A stretch of DNA of 64,000 nucleotides from the NCBI GenBank assembly GCA_030390025.1, contig JASTWF010000035.1:620001-684000 (forward strand), in the 5' to 3' direction. The position numbers and the translations under genes were made by a program. Position 1 is the first letter of the stretch, and each line of letters opens with the position of its first letter. This stretch comes from Squalus acanthias (lineage: Eukaryota). Below, in pieces: positions 10,601-21,653 of the stretch. The notes under the pieces are model-generated. The model was not told the DNA's origin, did not search any database, and saw nothing but the letters and a program-made list of their open reading frames with translations.

Positions 10601-12196
10601 TACCCTGGATGAATAGACAACCGGCCTCAGCTTGCCGTGACGCTCTTGGAGCAGCACGGCGCTTAAGCTGTCTCCGCTGGCAGCTACCTCCAGGAAAAAC
10701 TCCTTCCCCCCATCTATGGCCCCTAAGGCTGGCGCGGTCTGCAGATCCCTTTTTAACTTCTCGAAGGCTGCTTGGCAGCCCTCGTCCCAAAGCCACTCCA
10801 CCCCCTTATGGAGGAGTCGGAGGAGCGGCGCCGCTGTGGCCGCATAATCTTCGATAAAATCCCTGCAGTAACCGGTCAGTCCCAAGAAGGACCTCACACC
10901 CCTTACGTTGTTGGGAATCGGTAATTCTTGCACCGACTCCCTCCTTGCTTTGTCTATGGCTCTTTCCCCAGCGCGTAGGGTCAGTCCCAGGAATTCTACT
11001 TCCCGCTGACCGATACGTGCTTTCTTAGGGTTTATTTTAAAACCCTTTCTCGCTAACAGTTCCAATAACTCGTCCAGTAGTGGTCCGTGCTCCTCCCTTG
11101 AGTCCGTAAATAGGAGCAAATCATCGACATACTGTACTATCTGATTGGGCTGACTAAACTCCTTTAAACTTCCTGCCATACACTGATGAAAAATACTGGG
11201 GCTATTGTGGAAACCCTGTGGCAGACAGTTCCACGTGTACTGTTGCCCTTTGAAAGTAAAGGCAAACTTGTACTGGTCCTCTCGCCGCAGCGGGATGGAC
11301 CAAAAACCGTTCGAGATATCCAGCACCGTGAACGTGGTCGCGGACGCTGGGATGCTCCCTATTAGGTCAGCAACTGCTGCTACTGTGGGCGCGCAGGCGG
11401 GAATGTTACTGTTAAGGACTCTGTAGTCCACCGTGGCTCTCCACGAATTATCCGGCTTCCTAACCGGCCATAATGGGGAGTTCACGTGTGTGACTATCGG
11501 CCTTAACACGCCCTGCTGCACCAAGGAAGACATTGCTGTCTCCATATCGGGTTCTGCTTCTTTGGGGAAGTTATACTGCTTTTGGGGTCGGGTCATGGGG
11601 TCCCCATCTACGCTGACCTCAAACCCGACCACTCTCCCACAATCGTGCTTGTGGGCTGCAAACGCGTGCATATTATCTGACACGTACGTTTGCATGTCCG
11701 TTGGGACATCTGCGACCATAAGCCTGAGGTCGTAGCCTCCGGATGGCTGTACGGTACACAGGACCCCTGTTTCTTCCTCCCCCGGAATCACCATTACCTC
11801 GCCTTTTTCACCTTTAGCCCCCCAGAGACAGTGATTTCTGAGGTCCACGAGGATCCCGTGTCCCGCTAGGAGATCGGACCCGAGAATACCTCTTCCACCC
11901 CCCTTTTGCCATGCCATCAGTATACACTTCCACTTAAGGCGAAGTGTTCCTAAACGAATGGATAGCGGAAGGGAAAACGTGCCAGCCTGTTCTTTTCCTG
12001 TGAACCCTGCCAACGTGAATGGGACCTTGGTAGATAGCGGCGAGTCAAAAGGGTTATCTGTATGGATTATGGTGCAAGAAGCTCCCGTGTCCAACAAATA
12101 ACTGCCCTTCTGTTTCTCTACCTCCATCTCCACCACAGGTCGCCTCCACGCATCATAGCTAAGCGGACACAGGTAGACGGGCTGTGCCGGTTCTAG
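7673..12196 (-). CDS. pol: Pol polyprotein (aspartic protease, RT, tether, RNase H, integrase, ~280-aa C-terminal tail), copy B, intact; probably expressed by stop readthrough
   Basis: LLDTGAS; LDISNGF/LPQGF/YVDD; degenerate RNase H tether (LEVAAS...LLTHH); active RNase H (YVDGS, AQQAEL, CSDS, GNRQAD); HHCC; DDE (IDYIG, SDQG, VERMN); GPY. Frame is open from the gag stop. Confidence 0.95.
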   Translation of the reverse strand, partial: LEPAQPVYLCPLSYDAWRRPVVEMEVEKQKGSYLLDTGASCTIIHTDNPFDSPLSTKVPFTLAGFTGKEQAGTFSLPLSIRLGTLRLKWKCILMAWQKGGGRGILGSDLLAGHGILVDLRNHCLWGAKGEKGEVMVIPGEEETGVLCTVQPSGGYDLRLMVADVPTDMQTYVSDNMHAFAAHKHDCGRVVGFEVSVDGDPMTRPQKQYNFPKEAEPDMETAMSSLVQQGVLRPIVTHVNSPLWPVRKPDNSWRATVDYRVLNSNIPACAPTVAAVADLIGSIPASATTFTVLDISNGFWSIPLRREDQYKFAFTFKGQQYTWNCLPQGFHNSPSIFHQCMAGSLKEFSQPNQIVQYVDDLLLFTDSREEHGPLLDELLELLARKGFKINPKKARIGQREVEFLGLTLRAGERAIDKARRESVQELPIPNNVRGVRSFLGLTGYCRDFIEDYAATAAPLLRLLHKGVEWLWDEGCQAAFEKLKRDLQTAPALGAIDGGKEFFLEVAASGDSLSAVLLQERHGKLRPVVYSSRVLTDVERSFSNCERHLLATHWAVKRSAIFTGLSPITLLTHHTPTKMLLDGRIKDGTVSSARIARWTLLLSQLDLRVKGLCEPRLAANLVYPGIAHRCSVEGVWDVNIGLRAGIHPTGREIYVDGSSTVSAGERLTGCGVYDPAADLALAIKLPSTMSAQQAELSAVVYVVTHPDIFPTPYTICSDSMFTCNSCTEYLAIWSRRGYTSADGRPLTVKPLLEKILAAAVGEEGEIFIHKVKAHSSTEPRGEGNRQADALAREGARDGTFWNPYRTGPIAAVRGGDGNTGNTRVALPLDLKTVQAQDPALKAVLKTIAEGRQVEGPYSTATLSVKEGMLFREEQWVVPQQHRREFLQLAHEGPGAGHPGPEVTWQRVEQAGWWPGLREQVREFCANCLVCAANNPDPQKRKVPMGHVRRVEGPWQSIQIDYIGPLPTTQGGYKYCLVLVDVFSKWVEAFPCRTATALGTAKILVREVFSRWGLPRFVESDQGSHFTGQVMQNTLMLLGIEGKWHVAHNPQSSGIVERMNRTLKEKLRKETRNSPQKWAEVLPLVLMGVRASQSKSTGYSPHEVMTGRLMRTPTHVLAPVLTEGQLQEISRDKFAQTLLERLKQVYEQAAGNMGRQHQGNRLLLEPRKTREWEVGDQVMVRNYARVGSLEPLYMGPYNIVDKASPMVYAVKVPRRTKWFHINQCKLYQPGAQGKTPGVNPANGKAQPQVGPQGTQAGIAACIRGRDIPDDHAAFFWSWGLDEEEPRVPWSDEDSADEHSDDDGWFLRNGLGGMGPIGRDPHRVDTQAAGPEDRREELEEAGPAAIGAQRVPMWLPEMWPPALNVQSSGEAEITSEGPPAGPSRAEPRTASPEVREAESAEAEPATVMEPQVIPLEVSEPGPSVTEPPPIATPRRSSREPQPRRMWSCPQTAPRRRLQVKITRVQTGHIAAVTGCGRSEGRVSAATGCGRSEGRVSALPPSGRARSSLLRI

Positions 12197-14008
12197 TCAT
12201 GGGGCACTATTAGACGGTCCTGCGGCACCTTCGGGGCCGGTTGCGACCGCCACCTGTCCACGCGCATTCAAAACCAGCTTGCGCATGGCTCCTAACACTG
12301 CTTCGAGGTCGTCGGGAGGGGTGGGTGCCTTGGCTTCCTTAGCCGGGACAGGCGCCTGGGCTCGGACCGCGGGATTTTTATCCTTGGAATCCTTCCAAGG
12401 GTTCCTGCAATGCTTGCGCCAGTGCCCTGTCTTCCCACACCCGTAACAGGCATTACTTGCCTGTGGGGCGCGATTACCCTCCTGATGCCACTCTCTTTGA
12501 TACGGGGCTGCGGGTCGTACCTCATGTACTCTTCCCTTAAAGGGACGTGTCGTCATACCCCTTATATTACGATAACCTAACGTGAGTCGATTCAAGACCG
12601 ACTCTTCCGTAAGGTTGAGGTCATTGGGATCGAACCAGGCTTTTGCCTGCTCTCTAACGGCTGGTAAACTGTTGGCTATTATGCACCTAAGCCAATGAGT
12701 TAAAGCGGCGCCTTCCACATCTTCGCGCTCGGGCGCACCTAGACAGCTGCGCTCATATACTGGCCACAGCCTGTCGGCAAAAACCTTCGGGGGTTCTCCC
12801 TCCATCTGCACTGTCTGTCCCACTCTAGCAAACGGACCTCCGTCGTTCGCCCCCAACACTTCTAGGACCTCATTTTTTAATTCCTCATAACTCTTGTTTC
12901 CCCTCTTGCTCTCGCCTGAGAGACACTGAAGGACCGAGCTGTCTAATGAGAACAGCAGCATTTTGGCTGTCTCCCCATCATCGCAGCCGTTAATGGCTGC
13001 GGCTTGCTCAACTTCTCTGAAATGTACGGAAGGGTCGTCTATCTCGGTCAGCTTCCGTACGTGATTTATCATAGCTCTCAGCTGATGTGAACTGTGAGGC
13101 AACACCAGCTGTCCGAGGAGATCCCCCGGTTCTTCCCCACCGTTTCTGCTTGGGCCCCTTTTAATACCCGTTACTGGATACAACGATCCCTTTTCTGCTT
13201 CCTTTTCAACGGGCTCTTTTGTTTCTTCCGTTGCTTCCTCCCTAACCCAGGTTTCTGAATAGCTGGGTGGCGCGGAGGGCGCAGTGGCTACTACTTCTTC
13301 TGCTTTACTTGGTGGGGATTTTCTAAATCTCTCATTTACTAGCGGCTGGTGCGCCGACGGATTGATAAGGCACACCATGCCGTTCGCATTGTTCACGGCC
13401 TTTTTGAGGTTCTCTATCTCCCTTTGGCAGGCGCTATGGTCGGCTCCCTGAAACTTATCCTCAAGGGCCAACTTATATGCCGACCTAACCCCCATTAAGC
13501 TCTCTTCTTGAGTTCTTATCTGGGCAGCTTGGCGGTTACATCTTTCCTTTAACCTGCTCTCATTCAATTTTGCCTCAGTGACCTGGCACTCGAGATAATC
13601 TATCCTTGTCTTAAGGTGACTGGAGACTTCCTGGCTTTCCTGGTGTAACTCATTTAAATTCTTAATGAGCACCTCCCCTCCAGAAACCTTCTCCTCCATT
13701 TCTCCCTCTAAATGGCTAATTCGAGCTGTTAGCGCTGTAATGGTCTGGTTTGAAATCTGAACCTGCCTTTTGTAGCACATAAGCCAGACTGCTTTTTCGA
13801 CTGTCTTTTTATGTTCCTTACTATCTGTCCACCTTTCGGCTGCCTCTAGTGGACTCTTATCCGCTAACAATTCAGTTATCCACTTCTTAGTTAGATTAAC
13901 CTTTCCAAACACATAATCCGCTATCTTTTCCTGCATAACATTTCGCACAGTCATTCCAAAATCTAACACACTACCCTCTCGCTGCCAGTGTCCTGCCGCG
14001 GTCGCCAT
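12197..14008 (-). CDS. gag: Gag polyprotein, 603 aa, copy B
   Basis: Intact ORF from the ATG at 14008. The ORF-track extension into the LTR uses a non-ATG start. Confidence 0.93.
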   Translation of the reverse strand: MATAAGHWQREGSVLDFGMTVRNVMQEKIADYVFGKVNLTKKWITELLADKSPLEAAERWTDSKEHKKTVEKAVWLMCYKRQVQISNQTITALTARISHLEGEMEEKVSGGEVLIKNLNELHQESQEVSSHLKTRIDYLECQVTEAKLNESRLKERCNRQAAQIRTQEESLMGVRSAYKLALEDKFQGADHSACQREIENLKKAVNNANGMVCLINPSAHQPLVNERFRKSPPSKAEEVVATAPSAPPSYSETWVREEATEETKEPVEKEAEKGSLYPVTGIKRGPSRNGGEEPGDLLGQLVLPHSSHQLRAMINHVRKLTEIDDPSVHFREVEQAAAINGCDDGETAKMLLFSLDSSVLQCLSGESKRGNKSYEELKNEVLEVLGANDGGPFARVGQTVQMEGEPPKVFADRLWPVYERSCLGAPEREDVEGAALTHWLRCIIANSLPAVREQAKAWFDPNDLNLTEESVLNRLTLGYRNIRGMTTRPFKGRVHEVRPAAPYQREWHQEGNRAPQASNACYGCGKTGHWRKHCRNPWKDSKDKNPAVRAQAPVPAKEAKAPTPPDDLEAVLGAMRKLVLNARGQVAVATGPEGAAGPSNSAP

Positions 14009-14012
14009 TTTC

Positions 14013-15714
14013 TGTAAGGGATTCCTGACCCTGCGTGTCTCGCAGCCTGTGAGATTCACGCGGCTCTGTGCAGCCTGTATGTCAGTGCGGGTCTAGGCCT
14101 GGTTGCCTGTTCTGGTCTCCAGCCAGTCTGGGAACACTAGACACACCTGTGAGTGGTTCGAATCACTCTCCCTTACGGTTCTAGACACTGGACTTAGATG
14201 CGAGAGCAGTAATGGAGATAAAACTCATGTAGACTTGGTTTGAATGGTACGAAATGGAAAATCTTTATTGCATGATACTTAAGATTATGAAATACATGTC
14301 ATAAGCACAGATTAATGACAGTACAATCTTACAAACAGTTATATAGTCAATCTTAGGGAAACGAGGAACGAACGGCACAAAGTAAATAGGGGCACACATT
14401 ACAAATATCCTTAATCTTTAAACCCTCCCCTATCAATATCTATCCTAAACTAGCTTCGTAGGATCTCGAGACTCATGCTCACCACTCGTGATAACTCGGA
14501 GAAATTCCGAATAGCTGATCGGATGTTTTTCACCGCAGCACCCACGTGTCGGTCAGGAGATCTCCTGGTCCCACTTGTTTACTTGCTTCTGCTGCTCCGG
14601 CTAGTAGGCTGGACCGTCTGCTGTGATGAAGACCTGTGTTGGTTGGCTTAACAGGTACTCTTGGAGCACAGTTGTCAATATCATCGATACGATGTGTTTT
14701 CACGTTCCAATCTCCTTAGACACAGTCCCGTTATCGTCGATGCAATATGTTTTGTTAGAAGTTTAAAATAGAAAACTTCCTGGCGAGGAAAACTTGGCTG
14801 ATCGACCTACAGGCGCGGTCGGGATTTACTGACCGTGGCGATGGATATGGTCTTCTTCTCTTCTCCTCTCATCTCATCTCATCTCATCTCATCTCGGGCC
14901 TTTGGTTCCGCTGCCAGTTACCAACATAGGTCTTCGTTACGCGACACGAGGTAGATCCGAACGGATCAGAAAGTTCAACAGTCTTTTCAGAAGAGGCAAC
15001 AGGCACGCAGAAGCCCAACTACGAGTACACAGGAGCAGCCACGAGGTTACGAATCGACCGGATAAAAGCACAGGAGCAAGAGAGCGAATGGACGGTTTGG
15101 AGCCTGCAATTATAGTGCAAAATCTTCCGTTTCCCGCCCAACTATAATGTCCATTCTTTTGTTTAGGGTTTGGCGCCCAAATGTCTTGTATGGGTGATCT
15201 CCGTTCTTAATGGGTTTCGGGGCTACTCATGAATGTTTGAGCACCTGTTAATATTTCTCCCATTGTTAAATCGGTCGGTGTTCTCCCTGGAGGGGTTTGG
15301 GGCTTCCAAGTGTCCTGTATAACTACCTGCTAACGGCTCTCTCATCGTAGAGTCGTTGGGAGTTTACATATTAATGTCTTTTGGATGGGCCCTTGATTAC
15401 TCGGTACAATGGCTTTCATTCGTACCTGGGAGACCGATTCCAGTAGCTATGTTTATACTGCAAACCCATAATGTCTCGTGTATTATCTTCACTGTGCTGA
15501 ATCGTTATCGATCTTGCACAAATGTTTAATGGAACGCCATCTTGTCTGCCTGTTGAAAAGTCTAGAATGTTCTGTCACGAGGTGCGGCGGCCATTTTACA
15601 AGCTGCTTGTGTCCAATTTAAACCTGCCAGCATTCTGCTGAAATAAAAGCTGTTTGAACGAAACTTTGTGTTTTCTCCTTATTAATCAAATCGCGATATA
15701 TTGCGAATTCTACA
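14013..15714 (-). repeat. 5' LTR of ERV copy B (~1.70 kb)
   Basis: TGTA...TACA termini, PBS on the inner side, satellite on the outer side. Confidence 0.93.
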
Positions 15715-18700
15715 ACACCTCTACCTTCACTGTAGTCCTCTCCCTTCACTGTACTCCTCTCCCTACAATGTTCACCTCTCCCTTCACTTTACTCCTCTCC
15801 CTTCACTGTACTCCTCTCCCTTCACTGTACTCCTCACCCGTCACTGTACAAATCATCTTCACTGTACACCTCTCCCTTCACTTTACTCCTCTCCCTTCAC
15901 TGTACACCTCTCCCTTCACTGTACACCTCTCCCTTCACTGTACACCTCTCCCTTCACTGTGCACCTCACCTTTCACTGTACACCTCTCCCTTCACTGTAT
16001 TCCTCACCCTTCACTGTACACCTCTCCCTTCACTGTACACCTCTCCCTTCACTGTATTCCTCTCCCTTCACTGTACACCTCTCCCTTCACTGTGCACCTC
16101 ACCTTTCACTGTACACCCCGCCCTTCACTGTACTCCTCTCCCTTCACTGTACAACTCTCCCTTCACTGTACTCCTCTCCCTTCACTGTACTCCTCTCCCT
16201 TCACTGTACACCTCTCCCTTCACTGTCCTCCTCTCCCTTCACTGTACACCTCTCTCTTCACTGTACACCTCTCCCTTCACTGTACACCTCACCTTTCACT
16301 GTACACCTCTCCCTTCACTGCACACCTCTACCTTCACTGTACAGCTCTCCCTTCACTGTATTCCTCACCCTTCACTGTACTCCTCTCCCTTCACTGTACA
16401 ACTCTCCCTTCACTGTACTCCTCTCCCTTCACTGTACTCCTCTCCCTTCACTGTACACCTCTCCCTTCACTGTACACCTCTCCCTTCACTGTCCTCCTCT
16501 CCCTTCACTGTACACCTGTCCCTTCACTGTACACCTCTCCCTTCACTGTACACCTCTCCCTTCACTGTACTCCTCTCCCTTCACTGTACTCCTCTCCCTT
16601 CACTGTACTCCTCTCCCTTCAATGTAAACCTCTCCCTTCACTGTAGTCCTCTCCCTTCACTGTACACCTCTCCCTTCACTGTACTCCTCTCCCTTCACTG
16701 TACTCCTCTCCCTTCACTGTAAACCTCTCCCTTCACTGTACTCCTGTCCCTTCACTGTACAACTTTCCCATCACTGTACGCCTCTCCCTTCACTTTACAC
16801 ATCTCCCTTCACTGTATTCCTCTCCCTTCACTGCACTCCTCTCCCTTCACTGTACTCCTCTCCCTTCACTGTACACCTCTCTCTTCACTTTACACCGCTC
16901 CCTTCACTGTACACCTCTCCCTTCACTGTACTCCTCTCCCTTCACTGTACTCCTCTCCCTTCACTGTACACCTCTCCCTTCACTGTACTCCTCTCCCTTC
17001 ACTGTACTCCTCTCCCTTCACTGTACTCCTCTCCCTTCACTCTACTCCTCTCCCTTCACTGTACTCCTCTCCCTTCACTGTACAACTCTCCCTTCACTGT
17101 ACTCCTCTCCCTTCACTGTACTCCTCTCCCTTCTCTGTACACCTCTCCCTTCACTGTACTCCTCTCCCTTCACTGTACACCTCTCTCTTCACTGTACTCC
17201 TCTCCCTTCATGTACACCTCTCCCTTCGCTGTACACCTCTCCCTTGACTGTAAACCTCTCCCTTCACTGTACTCCTCTCCATTCACGGTACTCCTCTCCC
17301 TTCACTGTGCACTTCTCCCTTCACTGTTCACCTCTCCCTTCACTGTACTCCTCTCCTATCACTGTACTCCTCTCCCTTCACTGTACACCTCTCTCTTCAC
17401 TGTACTCCTCTCCCTTGACTGTACACCTCTCCCTTCACTGTAGTCCTCTCCCTTCACTGTACACCTCTCCCTTCGCTGTACTACTCTCACTTCGCTGTAC
17501 TCCTCTCCCTTCACTGTACACCTCTCCCTTCACTGTACTCCTCTCCCTTCACTGTACACCTCTCCCTTCACTGCACACCTCTCCCTTCACTGTACTCCTC
17601 TCCCTTCACTGTATACCTCTCCCTTCACTGTACACCACTCCGCTCACTGTACACCTCTCCCTTCACTGTTCACCTGTCCGCTCCCTGGACACCTCTCCGC
17701 TCCCTGTACACATATACGCTCCCTGTACATCTCTCCATTCACTGTACACCTGTCGCTTCACTGTACACCTCTCTCTTCACTGTACTCCTCTCCCTTGACT
17801 GTACACCTCTCCCTTCACTTTAGTCCTCTCCCTTCACTGTACTCCTCTCCTTTCAATGCACACCTCTCCCTTTACTGTACACCTCTCCCTTCACTGTAGT
17901 CCTCTCCCTTCACTGTACTCCTCTCCCTACAATGTGCACCTCTCCCTTCACTGTACACCTCTCCCTTCACTGTACACCTCTCCCTTCACTGTGCTCCTCT
18001 CCCTTCACTGTACACCTCTCCCTTCACTGTACTCCTCACCCATCACTGTACAAATCATCTTCACTGTACACCTCTCCCTTCACTTTACTCCTCTCCCTTC
18101 ACTGTACACCTCTCCCTTCACTGTACACCTCTCCCTTCACTGTACACCTCTCCCTTCACTGTACACCTCACCTTTCACTGTACACCTCTCCCTTCACTGT
18201 ACAACTCTCCCTTCACTGTACTCCTCTCCCTTCACTGTGCACTTCTCCCTTCACTGTTCACCTCTCCCTTCACTGTACTCCTCTCCTATCACTGTACTCC
18301 TCTCCCTTCACTGTACACCTCTCTCTTCACTGTACTCCTCTCCCTTGACTGTACACCTCTCCCTTCACTGTAGTCCTCTCCCTTCACTGTACACCTCTCC
18401 CTTCGCTGTACTACTCTCGCTTCGATGTACTCCTCCCCCTTCACTGTACACCTCTCCCTTCACTGTACTCCTCTCCCTTCACTGCACACCTCTCCCTTCA
18501 CTGTACTCCTCTCCCTTCACTGTATACCTCTCCCTTCACTGTACACCTCTCCCTTCACTGTACTCCTCTCCCTTCACTGTACACGTCTCCCTTCACTGTA
18601 CTCCTCACCCATCACTGTACAAATCCCCTTCAATGTACACCTCTCCCTTCACTGTACTCCTCTCCCTTCACTGTACACCTCTCCCTTCACTGTACACCTC

Positions 18701-19561
18701 TCCCTTCACTGTACACCTCTCCCTTTACTGTACACCTCTCCCTTCACTGTCCTCCTCTCCCTTCACTGTACACCTCTCTCTTCACTGTACACCTCTCCCT
18801 TCACTGTACTCCTCTCCGCTCCCTGTACACCTCTCCGCTCCCTGTAATCCTCTCCACTCCCTGTCCTCCTCTCCCTTCATTGTACAACTCTCCCTTCACT
18901 GTACTCCTCTCTCTTCACTGTACTCCTCTCCCTTGACTGTACACCTCTCCCTTGACTGTACACCTCTCCCTTCACTGTACACCTCTCCCTTCACAGTACA
19001 CCTCTCCCTTCACTCTACACCTGTCCGCAACCCTGGACACCACTCCGCTCCCTGTACACATATACTCTCCCTGTACATCTCTCCATTCACTGTACACCTC
19101 TCCCTTCACTGTACACCTCTCTCTTCACTGTTCACCTCTCCCTTCACTGTACTCCTCTCCCTTCACTGTACACCTCTCCCTTCACTGTACTCCTCTCCCT
19201 TCACTGTACACCTCTCGCTTCACTGTACACCTCCCCCTTCACTGTACTCCTCACCCTTCACTGTACTCCTCTCCCTTCACTGTACACCTCTCCCTTCACT
19301 GTACACCTCTCCCTTCACTCTACTCCTCACCCTTCACTGTACTCCTCTCCGCTCCCTGTACACCTCTCCGCTCCCTGTAATCCTCTCCGCTCCCTGTCCA
19401 CCTCTCCCTTCACTGTACACGTCTCTCTACACTGTACTCCTCTCCCTTGACTGGACACCGCTCCCTTGACTGTACACCTCTCCCTTCACTGTACACCTCT
19501 CCCTTCACTGTGCACCTCTCCCTTCACTGTACACCACTCCGCTCACTGTACACCTCTCCCT
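15715..19561. repeat. 19-bp tandem satellite, block 1
   Basis: About 200 copies of CACTGTAC[A/T]CCTCTCCCTT with variants. Confidence 0.98.
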
Positions 19562-21199
19562 TGTAAGAGATTCTGACCCTGCGTGTCTCGCAGCCTGTGA
19601 GATTCACGCGGCTCTGTGCAGCCTGTATGTCAGTGCGGGTTTAGGCCTTGTTGCCTGTTCTGGTCTCCAGCCAGTCTGGGAGCACTAGACACACCTGTGA
19701 GTGGTTCGAATCACTCGCCCTTACGGTTCTAGACACTGGACTTAGATGCGAGAGCAGTAATGGAGATGAAACTCATGTAGACTCGGTTGAATGGTACGAA
19801 ATGGAAAATCTTTATTGCATGATATTTAAGATTACGAAATACATGTCATAAGCACAGATTAATGACAGTACAATCTTACAAGCAGTTATATAGCTGATCC
19901 TAGGGAAACGAGGAACGAACGACACACCGTAAATAGGGGCACACGTTACAAGTATCCTTAATACTTAAACCCTCCCCTATCAATATCTGTCCTAACTAGA
20001 TTCGTAGGATTTCGAGACTCATGCTCACCACTCGTGATAACTCGGAGAAATTCCGAATAGCTGATCGGATGTTTTTCACCGCAGCACCCACGTGTCGGTC
20101 AGGAGGTCTCCTGGTCCCACTTGTTTACTTGCTTCTGCTCCGGCTAGCAGGCTGGACCGTCTGCTGTGATGAAGATCTGTGTTGGTTGGTTTAACAGGTA
20201 CTTTTCCGAGCAGGTTTCACAGCTCAGTCAATATCATCGATGATGAACCGTTCTTGCAAGTTCAAAGAAGTCTTCCTGGCAAGGAAAACTTGGCTATTCG
20301 ACCTACAGGCGCGGTCGGGATTTACTGACCGTGGCGATGAGTATGGTCTTCCTCTCTTCTCATCTCATCTCATCTCATCTCGGGCCTTTGGTTCCGCTGC
20401 CAGTTACCAACATAGGTCTTCGTTACGCGACACGAGGTAGATCCGAACGGATCAGAAAGTTCAACAGTCTTTTTCAAAAAGGCACCAGGCAAACAGGAAC
20501 CAGACTACGAGTCAAAACGCAGGAGCAGCCACGAGGTTACGAGTCGATCGGATAAGAGAATAAGAGAAAGATGGACGGTTGGAGCTTGTAATTATAGTAC
20601 AAAATCTTCCGTTTCCCGCCCAACCTTAATGTCCTTTCTTTTGTTTGGGTCTGGCGCTCAAATGTCTTGTATGGGTGATCTCCGTTCTTAATGGGTTTCG
20701 GGGCTACTCGTAAATGTCTGAGTACCTGTTAATATTTCTCCCATTGTTAAATCGGTCGGTGTTCTCCCTGGAGGGGTTTTGGGGCTTCCAAGTGTTTTGT
20801 ATAACTACCTGCTAACGGCTCTCTCATCGTAAAGTCGTTGGGATTTTACATATTAATGTCTTTTGGATGGGCCCTTGATTACTCGGTACAATAGCTTTCA
20901 TTCGTACCTGGGAGACCGATTTCAGTATTTATGTGTATACTGTAAACCCATAATGTCTCGTGTATTATCTTCACTGTGCTGAATCTTAATCGATCTTGCA
21001 CAAATGTTTATTGGAACGCCATCTTGTCTGCCTGTCGAAAAGTCTAGAATGTTCTGTCACGAGGTGCGGCGGCCATTTTACAGGCTGCTTGTGTCTACTT
21101 TGAGAAACCTGGCAGCATTCTGCTGAAATAAAAGCTGTTTGAACGAAACTCTGTGTTTTCTCCTTATTAATAAAATCGCGATATATTGCGAATTCTACA
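19562..21199 (-). repeat. 3' LTR of ERV copy C
   Basis: TGTA...TACA, preceded by a PPT. Highly similar to 30376-32024. Confidence 0.95.
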
Positions 21200-21211
21200 G
21201 TCCCTCCTGTT
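21200..21211 (-). promoter_or_regulatory. Polypurine tract
   Basis: AACAGGAGGGAC immediately before TGTAGAATT of the 3' LTR. Confidence 0.75.
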
Positions 21212-21653
21212 GATGCGAATAACTCCGCTTATCGTATCAAAAATCATAGTGGTGAGCAATATTATCTCGATTTCTCTCCGAATCCAGCAAATTAATCCCA
21301 TAATGTTTAACCTAGCTAAGGTCTCTGTGTCGTCCTTATTTCCCAAGAAAATTACATTTTATATCACCGTGGGCCTTTATTTGCCCTTAAACTTACACCA
21401 CTTGTTTTCCTTCCCGGCGTAACCAGGCCGATGCCTCTCGTATCACCTGTATATTCATCTTTTATTCAGGGAAAGGAAAAACAGAACCCAAAACCAAACA
21501 ATCATTTTTAACTGTAACACCATCACCAAAATAATCAACACCAACTCTTAAAACATGTCGAGTTCCCAAACGTATTTACAATCTCTGAAAAATCATGATC
21601 GAGTACAAACTTCCGCGGCGCACGTGGCGAGCGGGAGTGACGCCATTTTCCGA

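Larger units (their letters stand above)
5963..15714 (-). mobile_element. Endogenous retrovirus copy B (5' LTR-gag-pol-5' part of env), env interrupted by copy A
   Basis: LTR 14013-15714 abutting satellite, intact gag and pol, env broken at 5963. Confidence 0.93.

Noticed and set aside
19648..19851. 67-aa ORF repeated in LTRs (also 30462-30665 and 59634-59837)
   Set aside because: Antisense, TTG start, disrupted in LTRs A and B; recurrence reflects LTR identity.
21212..21600. Accessory gene between env and the 3' LTR
   Set aside because: I found only short (<50 aa) sense ORFs, and there is no second copy in the window to test conservation.
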